Positions 22,741 to 33,800 of a stretch of DNA of 42,961 nucleotides are shown here, one piece after another. Both the position numbers and the translations under genes were made by a program. Origin of the DNA: Lama guanicoe (Eukaryota); contig MU053352.1 of assembly GCA_013239625.1 (NCBI GenBank), forward strand, positions 1 through 42,961. Reading direction: 5' to 3'. Every line of letters begins with the position of its first letter. Within the stretch, counting starts at the first letter, position 1. The notes below the pieces were generated by a model, which saw only the letters and a list, made by a program, of their open reading frames with translations, did no database searches and was not told the origin of the DNA.

Positions 22741-23813
22741 ATCTAAGTGGAGGCAGCCAGGCCCCCAGGCCCCCAGGCCCCTACGCACTGGGAGGTGATA
22801 CACAGAGATGCTGGTACCCTGTCCCCTACTGCATCCAGATGGCAGGCCAATAAGTGGAGAAGGGAGCCTTGGGGCAAAGCATAGCGACTATATTTGGAAA
22901 GCCAGCAGGTGAAGATGATGGATGAGGACCCCAAAGGACCATTTACCCGAGTCAGAATTAAGGTACGTTTCTGTCACAAGGGAACAGGGGTGGCTGGTGG
23001 TTGCAGGCTTCTCATTGCTGGCCAGACTCCAGCGGGGATACGATGATTAAGGGTTGGCACAGCTGTCCAGGTGGTCTGGTCATAATGATGCTGCAACGGT
23101 CCCACAAGACACATGTGATTCTCTGCTCTGCAACTTCTCATCTCCATGAGAATGAAAAGTGTTGTCCTTAAAGGTCCAGTCTGGCAGGCAGAGCCTTGAG
23201 AAAGGGCTAAGGTTTACATTTCTGGCTGTGGGCCACATTCCTTTTCAAAGGGTCTGCAAGACAGAGCATGAATATTAGACATAAGAGGACAGACCCAACA
23301 CACAGTCAAGTTCCATTGTCTCTGTGACACCTGCTCCCTGTGCAGTAGCTCAGGATGTAGACACTGTCCCTACATGCCTGACACTAGAGGATGAATTCCT
23401 GTTACTCAGGGCCACAGGACCCAGAAGTCACGTCAGTGTCCCAGGTCTGAGTCGTGATGAAGTGGAGACAATGGGGACCGTGTCCCTGAGGTGACAGCCC
23501 TGTGACTCTGGGATGAGTTTGGGGACTTGTGAGCACAAGTCTGCCTCCGTGGAGATGTCACAGGTGGTGCCCGAGGGAGCGACAGCCCAGCCTTGAGAGT
23601 GCAGGGGAGGGTATGTGTCAGATCCTCACACTGCTCGGAGGTGGCTGTCCCTGAAGAGATGCACTGAGCGGACTCGTGCATTGTCTGGACCCAAAGGTAG
23701 TTGCAGAGCTGAGCTGCCGGCAGGAGGCAGAGACTCGCCCTGGGACCCGGAGCATCAGAGTCACCCCAGCAGAGCAGGAGGTCCCAGGCTGTCCTAGCCG
23801 CCACCGACACTGG

Positions 23814-24474
23814 TGTTGCCGGTGGATGTTAACGGTGTTCTAGTGTCTTGTCCCGTCCCAGAAAGAATTAAGAGACAAGACATAGTGGTTAAAAAAAGCA
23901 AAGTTAGGATTTATTAAGGCATGGATAGTACACTGTCAAGGGCAGAGCAGGCGGGCTCACGTGAGCGGCTGCCCTGTGTTTCTTGGCAAGTTAGTTACAC
24001 AGGGTGTGAAAATGAATAGGTGGAACATTCATTGGGGAGGGAAGGGTTTGGGTCCTGTTCCCTGATTATCATCCCAACTCCACCTTCCAAACGGAAGGAG
24101 GGAATTTTGTCCTTATTTAGCCTGGGTGGGAAGTGTCATGGCGTGGGTGCACGATGGGTACTTCTGATCTGCAAGGCTAATTTTTTTGAAACGTGGGCAT
24201 AATGAGCAAATGGTTACATTTGGACATTGGAAATTGCTGCCTCTTCTCGCCCTTTTTTGTCGATCTCCAGCTCACACACTCATCACCCCAAAAGGTGTGA
24301 CCACTTATCAGCCCAAAGGTTCCTGCTTCTCTTTTTCTGCACAGGGACCCCTGGTGCTTACGTGATGTGTGGTTTCCTGCCTTTGGCCTGTGGCTCTCCT
24401 TTCTGCCCAATTCCTGTCTTTTGGTCTGTGTCCTCCTTTCTCTGCTCATATCTAGCATTCTGCCTGCTGTAACA
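23814..24474 (-). mobile_element. Solo ERV-like LTR (~660 bp)
   Basis: TGTT...AACA termini, AATAAA on minus strand (23910-23915), aaagaatt..aaagcaaag..tttatt pattern of antisense ERV1-type LTRs; no clean TSD. Confidence 0.6.
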
Positions 24475-24627
24475 CCAGGACGTGCTGTATGTCACTGCCA
24501 CTGGTGTCTCTGCACTGGGAGGTCCTGCCTCCTGCAGATCCTGACTCTGACGACTGTGGAGTGAGCCCAGACTGCTCTCTGATATTTACAGGGACACAGA
24601 AGCCAGAACACTGCGGAGTCCCGAACT

Positions 24628-24853
24628 CTGTGTGTGGGTGTGTACATATGTGTGTTAAGTTTGTGTATATGTGTATGTAGGTGTGTGTGTATGTGTGTGT
24701 ATAGGTGTATGTATGTGTATATGTATGTATGTGTTATGTGTATATATATGTATGTGTCAATGTTGTGTATGTAAGTTTGTGAGTATGTATGTGTATGTTT
24801 GTGCATTTGTATGTGTGTAATTATGTGTATATGTGCGTGTGTGTGTGTGTGTG
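24628..24853. repeat. Degenerate (TG)n/(TATG)n microsatellite
   Basis: Directly visible. Confidence 0.95.
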
Positions 24854-25398
24854 ATGGAAAGACTGTGCCCTGTGTGTCCTTGGGGATGGTTCCCTCAAAG
24901 TCGAACCTGAGCCTCAGTGGCCCCTGTCCCTCTGGTGGCTTCTCCACTCTCTGAGGCTGGTTCTTCCAGGAAACCCATCCCTGGGGCTACTTCTCTGGAA
25001 GCCCCTCCGGGGTCTGGAGCCTGGAGCTCAGGAGGCCATTGTCAGGAAGGCGACATCCCTGTGGCAGGATTTCCTCCAGGCAGAAGAATGGCTTTAGGGC
25101 AGACCTACTCTGTGAGCCCCTCCTCGTAATAGGCGACCAGGTCTTGTTGACAGGGAGACACCTGTCCCCTGTCTTTCCTGCAGGACCGGGACTGAGGACA
25201 CGCCTCACTACCACAGGGTCTGTGGGTCCAGGAAGACAAGGGTGGGGGAACCACACAACCGCCATCTTCCTGCTCCCTCACCAGAGCCATGGTCCCTGAG
25301 CCCTGTGGTGTCCCGGTGTCTGTAGGGTGTGACTGCTCCAGAGGGGAGAGTACAAGGGAGGTTTTAGTCTCACTTCCCTTTGGGTCTGGGGCACTGTG

Positions 25399-25888
25399 TG
25401 AATTGTATGAGCCACTCTTGTATGCAGAGCAGTAATAGTCAGCCTCGTCCTCGGGCTGCAGCCCAGAGATGAGCAGAAGCCCTGCATTGGCCGAGGCATC
25501 TTTGGACCCAGAGAAGCGGCTCGGGACCCCGGAGCCCTGCTGCTTGTATGAGTCTGAGTAGTAGTACAGGAAGGTACCGGGCTCCCTGCCTTCTGCTGGT
25601 ACCAACTTATGTAGCTGCCAACACTGTTCCCACTGCTCAGGGTGCAGGTGAGTCTGACAGATGATCCCGGAGATGTAGAGAGGGAGGGCAGCTGAGTCTG
25701 CACAAGCTGGGAGAGGGACCCTGCAAACACAAGACACAAGGGGCAGATGGGGTGGGACCTGCAGGAAACATTCCCAGAGTCTCAGCCACAGGGGCTACTG
25801 CAGGCTGAGACCTGAGATCGAGTCCCTGAGGCCCGTCCCTACCTGTGCAGTGAGAGAGGAGCAGGAGCAGGAGAGGAGTCCAGGCCAT
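25399..25888 (-). pseudogene. IGLV5: IGLV5-like pseudogene
   Basis: Leader 25888-25843 MAWTPLLLLLLSHCT. V exon 25720-25399 is frameshifted in FR2 near 25570-25585 (about -5 then +1 nt versus paralogs) and ends [13 protein letters not shown]. Intact RSS CACAGTG-23-ACTAAAACC 25360-25398; octamer 25978-25985. Confidence 0.92.
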
Positions 25889-26253
25889 GGTGCTCACAGA
25901 TCCCTGGTCCCCACTCTGGGGCTGGGCTGTCCCAGGCCTCCGTTTCTTGCCAGCCTCTGCCAGAGGAAGGGCGGCCCATGCAAATTGGTGTCCCCCCAGG
26001 GACCGCCCAGCCCCTCCCTGAGCCCAGGTCCTGGAACTCAGCTCACAGCCCAGACTCAGCGGTATGGAGGGTGGCCTCCCTCTTGAGAGATCCTGGGAGG
26101 AGACACCGGCTGAGACCACATGAGTCCCTGCTCAGGGGACTCTGCCAACCAGAGAGGACTCACTGCTGTGTCCCTATCAGGAGCACAGGCCCCGCCCCAG
26201 CCCAGTGACTGATCCTTCCTGAGCAGCTGTGCAGGGACCGCATGGCAGCCCCA

Positions 26254-26269
26254 CAGCGCCCTCTGCTGG
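26254..26269 (-). promoter_or_regulatory. CTCF-binding motif
   Basis: Minus strand CCAGCAGAGGGCGCTG; identical copy at 40644-40659. Confidence 0.65.
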
Positions 26270-26769
26270 TCATGGGGCACAACTTCATCAAGGACCAGAG
26301 AGGAGCGCCCAGCTGGTTGGGCAGCTCACCTCATCTCCATTCAGCTGTCCATGTTCTGCTTCCCAGATTCTATGGTTCTTTTATGCTGAGTCACGTCCTA
26401 TAAAATGCTTTCATTTTCAAATGGAGTCCTGGTCCATGGAAGCTGCCACGCTGTGCATATGGAACCATTAAAGGTTACAATCCCCTCCCAGAGTACAGTC
26501 AAGAAAAGCTAACTGACCCACGTGTGCACCAGCGACAAGGGGACAGTGAGATGGCTTGAAGGACGTGTAGGACTATTGAAGGAAAGAGTTTACATTTGGA
26601 TTTTCCATGAAGAAGGAAAAAGATCTTTGAAACCTGGAAACTCAGCAGACATTTCAAAACTCATATAATGATTTCAGAATTTTGATGGAGTTTAGCATGA
26701 TTTATAGAAATGATATAGTTCAGCAGGCATATCACTTAGTAGTACACATGTCATATATTTCTTTCTGTT

Positions 26770-27245
26770 TTTTTTTTTGAAGAATATTCAGTTTACAATG
26801 TGTCAGTGTTGGGTGGACAGCATAATGTTTCAGTCATACACACATACATATATTTCTTTTCATATTCTTTTTCAGTATAGGTTACTTTAAGATGCTGAAT
26901 CTAGTTCCCTGTGCTCTACACAAAACACTTGTTTATTTATTTTATAGACAGTAGTTAGTATTTGCAAATCTCAAATTCTCAATTTTTCACTTCCTACCTT
27001 CTTTCCCCCTGGAAACCATATGTTTGTTTTCTCTATCTTTGAGTCCTTTCTGTTTTATAATTAAATTCATTAATGTCTTCTTTTTCCTTTCTTTAGATTC
27101 CACACATGAGTGATATGGTATCTTTCTCTTTCTGCCTTGCTTCACTTAGAATGATGATCTTCAGGTCCATCCAAGTTGCTGCAAATGGCATTATTTTGTA
27201 CTTTACATGGCTGAGTAGTATTCCATTGTACAACTATATCACATC
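26770..27245 (-). mobile_element. 5'-truncated LINE-1 3' fragment
   Basis: T-run followed by antisense L1 3'UTR (tttacaatg..tagttccctgtgct..ttagattccacac..ggctgagtagtattccattgt); duplicated at 41160-41635. Confidence 0.8.
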
Positions 27246-28552
27246 TACTTGTGATATATTAGTTATGTATGAGGATTGTGTTCCTAAGATGGAGTTTTTT
27301 TCACAGTGCTGTCAAATAATTCTTGTGAGAACCCTGTCTTAGAGATCCTACAAACTGTCTCTGTTATAATCAAAATGTTATAACAAAAATGTCCACATCT
27401 GGGTTCTCTTGCTGACTGTTTTCGTTCAGTGGAAAGGCTGTGTGTGCCTGTTGAATGTAGAAACCATCACGTCCTCACCATATCCTATGTCCAAATTAGC
27501 TTCGATTGTGCAAATGCTCCATGATCATCTGAACTCACAGTTATCTCAGTAAATGTCCTGTGGCCAGAACCACCTGCTACTCCTCAAGACAATAAAGGAA
27601 ATCCTCTATCAGCTCAAGTCAACTCTTCCTTAAACCCTTCAATGACTCCTCACTGCTGTTTGCATGAAAACTCAAACCCTTAGCCCTTCAAGGCACCTCC
27701 AGATCTGGCCCTTCTCCTCCTCCACACCCACCCGCAGCCCCTCCCCTCTCTCTGGGCCCCTCCCTCCCTCCTCTGTCAGTGACACCTGAGATCCTGTCCC
27801 TTCCCAACATCACACCAGCCCCCTCTGTCTGCTGGGAGGCGATCGGCTTCAACTTGAGATCAAGGTGGAAACACACATTTTGGCAACTTTGTGATGGGTT
27901 AACCCGGGGCAGACACGCATCACAACACACAGGGGTGGAGGTTTTCTTGTTTACATGTCTGTATTCATGGCAATCGGAGACGTTACCGAAATCAATGGTG
28001 ATAGACTAAGTGGCCTTCCACACCTTCATCCCCCATCAGCCCTCATCAGGATGACTTCCGTCCTTCAATCTTCACTCCTCTCTCTCTCCTCCTATCCCCT
28101 CACCCATGACGTTAGCACACAGCCCAGCACCAGCATCCCCAGGACACTCTTTAGGACACACCCTTGCTCCATGTTCCAGACTCCTGTGAATTCAAGCAGT
28201 GGATCCAACCGCAGTCACGTGGATTCACCTGTGTGTTACTTTCCCCGGTGGACAGAGAGCTGAATGTCGTACTGACTGCCAAAGGAAAGGATACCAGGGA
28301 TGCTGTTTTGCAGCTTTGAAATTTTGGACTTGATGTATTTCACTGGAATTCAGTCCAGATTGGCTTTTGTTTTCCAACCCAGGGAAACATTCGCTGTGGC
28401 CCAAGACCAGACAGCTTGTGCTCAGACCATCCTCACTGACAGGGGCTGAGTTATGAAAATCCCTTGAAAGGTGGAAACTCTCAAAGGAGATCAGCAGGCA
28501 CCCACTAAACTGTGGGTCAGGTGACAGGTGTGGCGGGCCGGGCCGTCAGTGA

Positions 28553-28590
28553 GATTTTTGTGTGACTTCTCCTCTGCCGGTGTCACTGTG
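28553..28590 (-). other. RSS of V9 with 22-bp spacer
   Basis: CACAGTG + 22 nt + ACAAAAATC. Confidence 0.88.
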
Positions 28591-29069
28591 GGTTACACGT
28601 AGCTGCCATGGTCTGCCCCACAAATGTAGTCAGACTTATCCTCCTCCCGGACGTTCTGAATGTTCACAGAGTGCTCCAGGCCAGAGCCTAAGCCTGAGAA
28701 GCGATCAGAGACCCCATCCCCCTTGGATCCAACACCACCACTGGTGCCTGCTCCCATCTCGAACCGTGGGCCATTCCCTGGGTCCTGCTGGTACCAGTCC
28801 ACGTAATAACAAATGTAGCCAGTTCTCGGGGTGCAGGTGATCATGGCCAAGGCTCCCAGGGAAGCAGATGCAGAGGGCGGCTGCATCAGCACAGGCTGGG
28901 AGAGGGAGTCTGGAAACACAGACACCTGTTATGTCCCGAGGAAGCACAAGGTGGGTCATTCCCTGTGAGTGGAGCAGAAGGGTGGAGAGCTGGGAGTCAG
29001 GGTGCTGAGGGCATCCGGACCTGTGCACTGGAAGAGGAGGGGAAGGAGGTAGAGCAGAGTCCAGGCCAT
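28591..29069 (-). CDS. IGLV9: Ig lambda V segment, IGLV9-like; open frame to a terminal TAA, functionality uncertain
   Basis: Leader 29069-29021 [16 protein letters not shown] (GT donor). V exon 28909-28591: [56 protein letters not shown]. Octamer at 29150-29157. Confidence 0.87.
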
Positions 29070-31084
29070 GGTGCAGACGCCCCCAAACACTGCTAGGACC
29101 GCCGCTGCCTGGCTCTCTTATCCCCTCATCCCAAGACCAAGAGCCCATCATGCAAATTAGCTCCTGTCCTCGGCCCAACCCAGCCCGTCCTGGGGCCTGT
29201 GTATCCCTCGTATCCAGTGTCACGTCTGCAAGGGTGGCCAGGCTTGCCTGCCCTGAGGCTCCCCTGGGTCTCTGACAGGACCCAGTACTGGGCGAAGGGA
29301 TCCCTGAGCTGAGACCAAGAACAAGTGTCTTGTGTCCCAGACAAGAGCCCCCAGTGTCTCCTGTGCTCAGAGCACATAAAATCAATGGTTCAAGAGCTGA
29401 AGGCAGAGACAGTTCAGCGAGGAGCTCCCTTCCCAGGTCCTCAGGAAGCTGAGGTTCCCTTCCCATAAGACTCCACAACTGATTGGCAGAGAAAATGAGC
29501 AGGGAGTGTCTGGGGGTATCCATTCGCTGCTGGAAGGACTCACTGGATCCCCTGGAAAATGGGGGGACCCAGGGGAGCATGGAGGGGTGAGAGGGGGTAA
29601 AACCTGAGTGTCCAGAGACCTGAGGCCTCTCAGGAAGGAAGGCATCTGAGAGGTTCCAGGCGGAGAAAGAAGGAGTGAGTGTCCAGTTCCTGTGAACACT
29701 TCACCAGCTTCTGTGAGCGACCTTGGGAATGACCGGGAGGGCACAGTGCGGAGGGTTGTAGGAAGAGGGGGAACCCGGGGTTTGGGAGGAGAGTCATGAT
29801 TCAGAGGGGAGGTGGTGGGGAGCTCGATGAAAATACAGAGGAGAAGCCATGGAGGCTGAGAGGAGCGGGAGTGGGTGGGACTGATCGCCTGGGTCCCCTC
29901 TCCTCGTCCTCTGCTCCTGGGGAAGGATTTGGGACCAGATGGGGACAGGAGGTCACATACCATCCACTGCTATGTCCTCAACCCAGGTGGCAGCTAAACG
30001 CACAGCAAGGCCCTGTGAAGTTCAGGGCTCAGAATTTGTTCCCTAATAGGAAGCACCTGCTCCCAATTCCAGCTCCAGCCAGTCAGCCCGGTTGCAGGGT
30101 CCCTGCCTTGGGAGTCTCTGAGGGGGTCCAAACTTGGCGGGTTCTGAGAGGGTGCACAGCGCCCCCTGGTGACGCTCACGGGACTGTTCATGGTGGTGAA
30201 AATGAGGCAGAAGGGATGGCAGCCCTTTTTCCTTCCTAGTCAAAATCCATCACTTACTAATCAAATGTACAAATTTAATAATTATGCAAATTACATGTCT
30301 TTGAAACCCCATAGAGAGATTTCGTTTTTATTTTCCTCTGTTTTCCTCTGTATTTCAGGTCTGTGTTTCCATCCACTTTATTCTCATGGTTCTATTTCTA
30401 CCTCGGTTCACCTCCTGCTTTGTTTGTTCCCAGCGTCTGTAGCTGCTCATCTTGGGTTTGATGTTGTTCCCCTAAAATACGTCATCATCGGGTCATCTCA
30501 GTATTGACATCAATGGCTTCTGTTTTCATATCGACATTTATTTTCTCGGTTGTTGATATGTCAAGAGACATTTTTACTGCATCCTGGAATTTGGGGAGGT
30601 GACATCGAGAAACTCTGAGTCCCCTTTAGTCTTCACTGATCAGGGATCGTCCTTCAGCAGAAGGTCAGGGGAATGTTCACTGCCACTGACCCAGCAATGT
30701 TGGGCCCTGACCCCACTGCTCTGTGCTGCTGACTCCATCCCGGGGACCTGGGACAGCTGTGGTCACCAGCTCCTTCGCATCCGTAGGGCGTGGGGACCAG
30801 CCTCCTGCTGGGCCTGCTAACCTCAGGGAGGGAAGCCGGGCTGCAGGGGGCTGCTTTGCTGCAGTGGGTGGGCGCTGGGCCCACTGGGTCCATGGCCTAA
30901 GGGGCATAAGTGAGTGAGGGGAACCGCACTGTCCATCCACGCCCCCAACACAGGTTCAATCCTGTTAACCCAAGTGGGGCCAGGGCTCAGTCCTCACTTG
31001 CCCCACAGTCCCCAGCTGGGGGACAGGAGTGCAGACTAGCCCATGTTGTCTCCCTCGTTCAGTCTCACCCTGAGGGATGGGGAG

Positions 31085-31380
31085 GAACTCCAGCTCCCCC
31101 TGGACTTCCAGAATCCTGTGTGGAGCACTGGACAGCTGACACAACGACACCCTGCCTGGATCAGGCTGGATGACCTAATAACATGGCCACTATGCAGCCT
31201 TGGCCCCCAACAACCCCCGAGAGGCAACAGAGCCTAGTCCGCTTCTGTCAAGGGGGCTGGGAGCCAAGGTCCCTGCCCAACAGTGCTGAGACCCGTCCTG
31301 AGGGTGCAGTGCAGGGAGGTTATTTGTCCAGCCAGAGATCAGCAAGGTCAACAGGGAAGGTCATCTTGATGGTGCTGGAT
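31085..31380 (-). pseudogene. Highly decayed V-lambda relic (paralog of 15110-15400), approximate limits
   Basis: LHCTLRTGLSTVG (~LTCTLRSGINVG), GSVASRGLLGAKAA (~[14 protein letters not shown]), IQPD, then TGT..CA|CACAGGA heptamer-like at 31120-31114. Confidence 0.55.
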
Positions 31381-31659
31381 TCCTGAGTCTCACTGCTGGG
31401 GGATAGGATTTGGAGCTGTGCCCAGACCATCATCACAACAGGGGGAGGGGCTTGCTTTGGAGGGATGGACACAGCCTGGGAGAGGCTGGAGGAAGCAGGT
31501 GGCCTAGAACCCCTGTACAGGAGATGGGGGCACGGTGCCCCCTCCCCCTGTGATGCTGACATTTCACAATCTCTCTTCCTCTCCTGCCCCTCAGTGCTAA
31601 GCCCGCTGAGATCAGGGGGAGGTTTTGGTAGCACTTCCCCTTGAGGTTACATCACTGTG

Positions 31660-32099
31660 TCATTGTTACTACCACTACCCATGTACAGAACCCGTCCTCG
31701 GGCCCCCGTGATGGTGAGGGCAGCTTTGTTCCCAGAGATGGATCCGGAGAAGCGACTGGGGACCCCAGAGTGGCGGCTGTTTGTGCTGTAGATAAGAGCT
31801 CGGGGAGCCTGGCCTGGTGTCTGCTGGTACCAATCAGGGTAGTTACTGGAAGTGACAGACCCAGAGCTGAGGCCGCAGGTGAGTGTGACCGTCCCTCCTG
31901 GAGACACTGACAGGGACGGCTCCTGGGTCACCACAGTCTGAGAGTTCACTCCTAAAAGCGACAGGAGAGAGACAGGGGTGGTTATGGAGACCAGGGTCAT
32001 CTTGACACCTGGCTTTAGGCACCCCCTAAGGATGCAGCGTATCGACCCCTGACCTGAGCCGTGAGCGAGGAGCCCGAGCAGAAGCACCGTCCAGGCCAT
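31660..32099 (-). pseudogene. IGLV8: IGLV8-like gene lacking the second conserved Cys (in-frame FR3 deletion)
   Basis: Leader 32099-32054 intact. V exon 31951-31660 is open but reads [14 protein letters not shown] instead of [21 protein letters not shown] (net -21 nt). RSS CACAGTG-23-ACCAAAACC 31621-31659; octamer 32205-32212. Confidence 0.92.
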
Positions 32100-33419
32100 G
32101 GTGGGGACGCTCCTGGGACACGGCTCCTCAGCCTCCTGGGCTGCACTGTGGGGTCCTCGGGCCTTTTCATGCCTCTCGGACCCACTGGGAGGAGAAGGGG
32201 CTTCATGCAAATCAGCTTCCTCCCTGTCCCTGCCCAGTGTCACCTGATGTCCCCTGGGGGAGGTCTGGAGGGAGCAGATGTGCGGTCGTCACTCTGACCT
32301 ATAAGGCATGGTGATGAGACACTGAGTGATGCGGGTGACGCCTCTTACCAACTGTTCTCCCCCTGCCTCTGTGACCTCAGTCCTAAATCTCTTCCCTGCA
32401 GAGCCTAAGGGCTGAAAGTGGACATGGTGGGTTCCTCCCCTCTGGGCCCTGAAATCTAGTCCCCCCACAGCTACCCCCATCCCTGGGACAGGTCTCCCTT
32501 CCTCTGTGAAATCCCTGCTTGTCTTCTTTGGAAGAGCTGAGCTGTCCCTCCTCCTCCAGCACTGAGCCCACTGGGAAGTCACAGAGCCTGTGACTGGGGT
32601 GGGAGGGACAGGGGTCTCACGGGTCTCAGTCCTGGACCACAGGGCAGCCCCATAGCGTGCTTTGCTGGTCACAGAGCACAGTGTCACCGAGGACCAGAGA
32701 CCCGAGGGCCCAGCTGGTTGGGCAGCTCACCTGGTCTCCATTCACAGGTCCATGGTCGGCTTCCCTGATTCTGTGGTTCATTTCTGCTGAGTCACATCCT
32801 ATGTTTTCATTTCCAACTGGAGTCCTGGTCCATGGAAGCTGCAAAGCTGTGCGTATGGAACCATTAAATGTTACGGCGCCCTCCCCTCTTCATGAAGTAC
32901 AGTCTAGAAAAGCCAACTGACCCACGGGTGCCCCAGTGCAGGTGTCAGTGACAATGGGACAGGGAGTTGGTTCAAATCACGTGTAGGAGGACTGCTGAGT
33001 CCCCATCAGGAGCACAGGCCCCACCCCCAGGCCCAGCTCCTGGAAGTGCTTGGTCCTCCCTGAGCAGCTGTGCAGGGACCAGAGGGCAGCCTCACCTCGC
33101 CCCCTCCCGGTAGAATGTGGAAAATGAAAAAAAATTTTTTTAATGATATCCAGAAAAAAAGAGATAAAATGCGTTTTTCCTTAGGAAAATACAACATTGG
33201 CTCTGATAGAGAAAATAAGAAAATGGACTAACTTCCAAGGAGGAAAACCAAAATTTTTATTATGGAATTATTACACACATAGATATAATATATAACATTT
33301 TCATCCAAAATCTCTAACAAAACTTCAGCAATCATATGGTCCCAATAGATCTGATTTCTATGTTTTTCACAAAATGTTGAAAAAGATGTAATCTCCAACT
33401 ACTTTGAGAAAGCACTTAA

Positions 33420-33800
33420 AACAGTTATAAACACCTGTAAATAAAATGGGAAAAACAAGTAAAAATACAAACCTTTATCATTAAACTTAAAACCAAATGT
33501 CCTAAACAAAATATTAACAAAGAAATTATAATACCAGATGATAAACTGGTAGTGCTATTAACTGTCATTTATGCTAATATACATGTTGTGTTTTATATTA
33601 ACATATTTTAAAATATAAATTTAACACAAATAATAAAAAATGATAATATTAAACCCACATTAAAATAGTGTTACCAACAATCAGTTTTCCAGCGTTCAAC
33701 TGCCTTTCATACTAAGTCATTTAAATTTAAATTTAACACCGTAAGAGCAAAAACCACATAAACATTGAAGCAGACACATTAGTAATATGCTAACACACTC
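33420..33800 (+). mobile_element. Old A-rich LINE-1 ORF2-like fragment (approximate)
   Basis: aaatgtcctaaacaaaatattaacaaag resembles the L1 aaaatcctcaacaaaatattagcaaa (KILNKILAN) region. Confidence 0.4.

Noticed and set aside
22780..23340. Possible additional LTR fragment
   Set aside because: Only a vague resemblance; termini and family could not be fixed without RepeatMasker.
23810..24478. 8-bp terminal inverted repeat CTGGTGTT/AACACCAG suggesting a DNA transposon
   Set aside because: The interior looks like an LTR with normal TG..CA ends; the extension is short enough to be chance and there is no TSD.
24492..24947. His/Thr/Tyr/Ile-rich 151-aa ORF
   Set aside because: Translation of the TG/TA microsatellite.
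28705..29963. Long ORFs of 291 aa and 193 aa (and others such as 3834-4424, 14696-15277)
   Set aside because: Low-complexity Pro/Ser/Gly/Leu-rich translations of GC-rich DNA with non-ATG or weak starts; they overlap V genes out of frame and show no recognisable domain.
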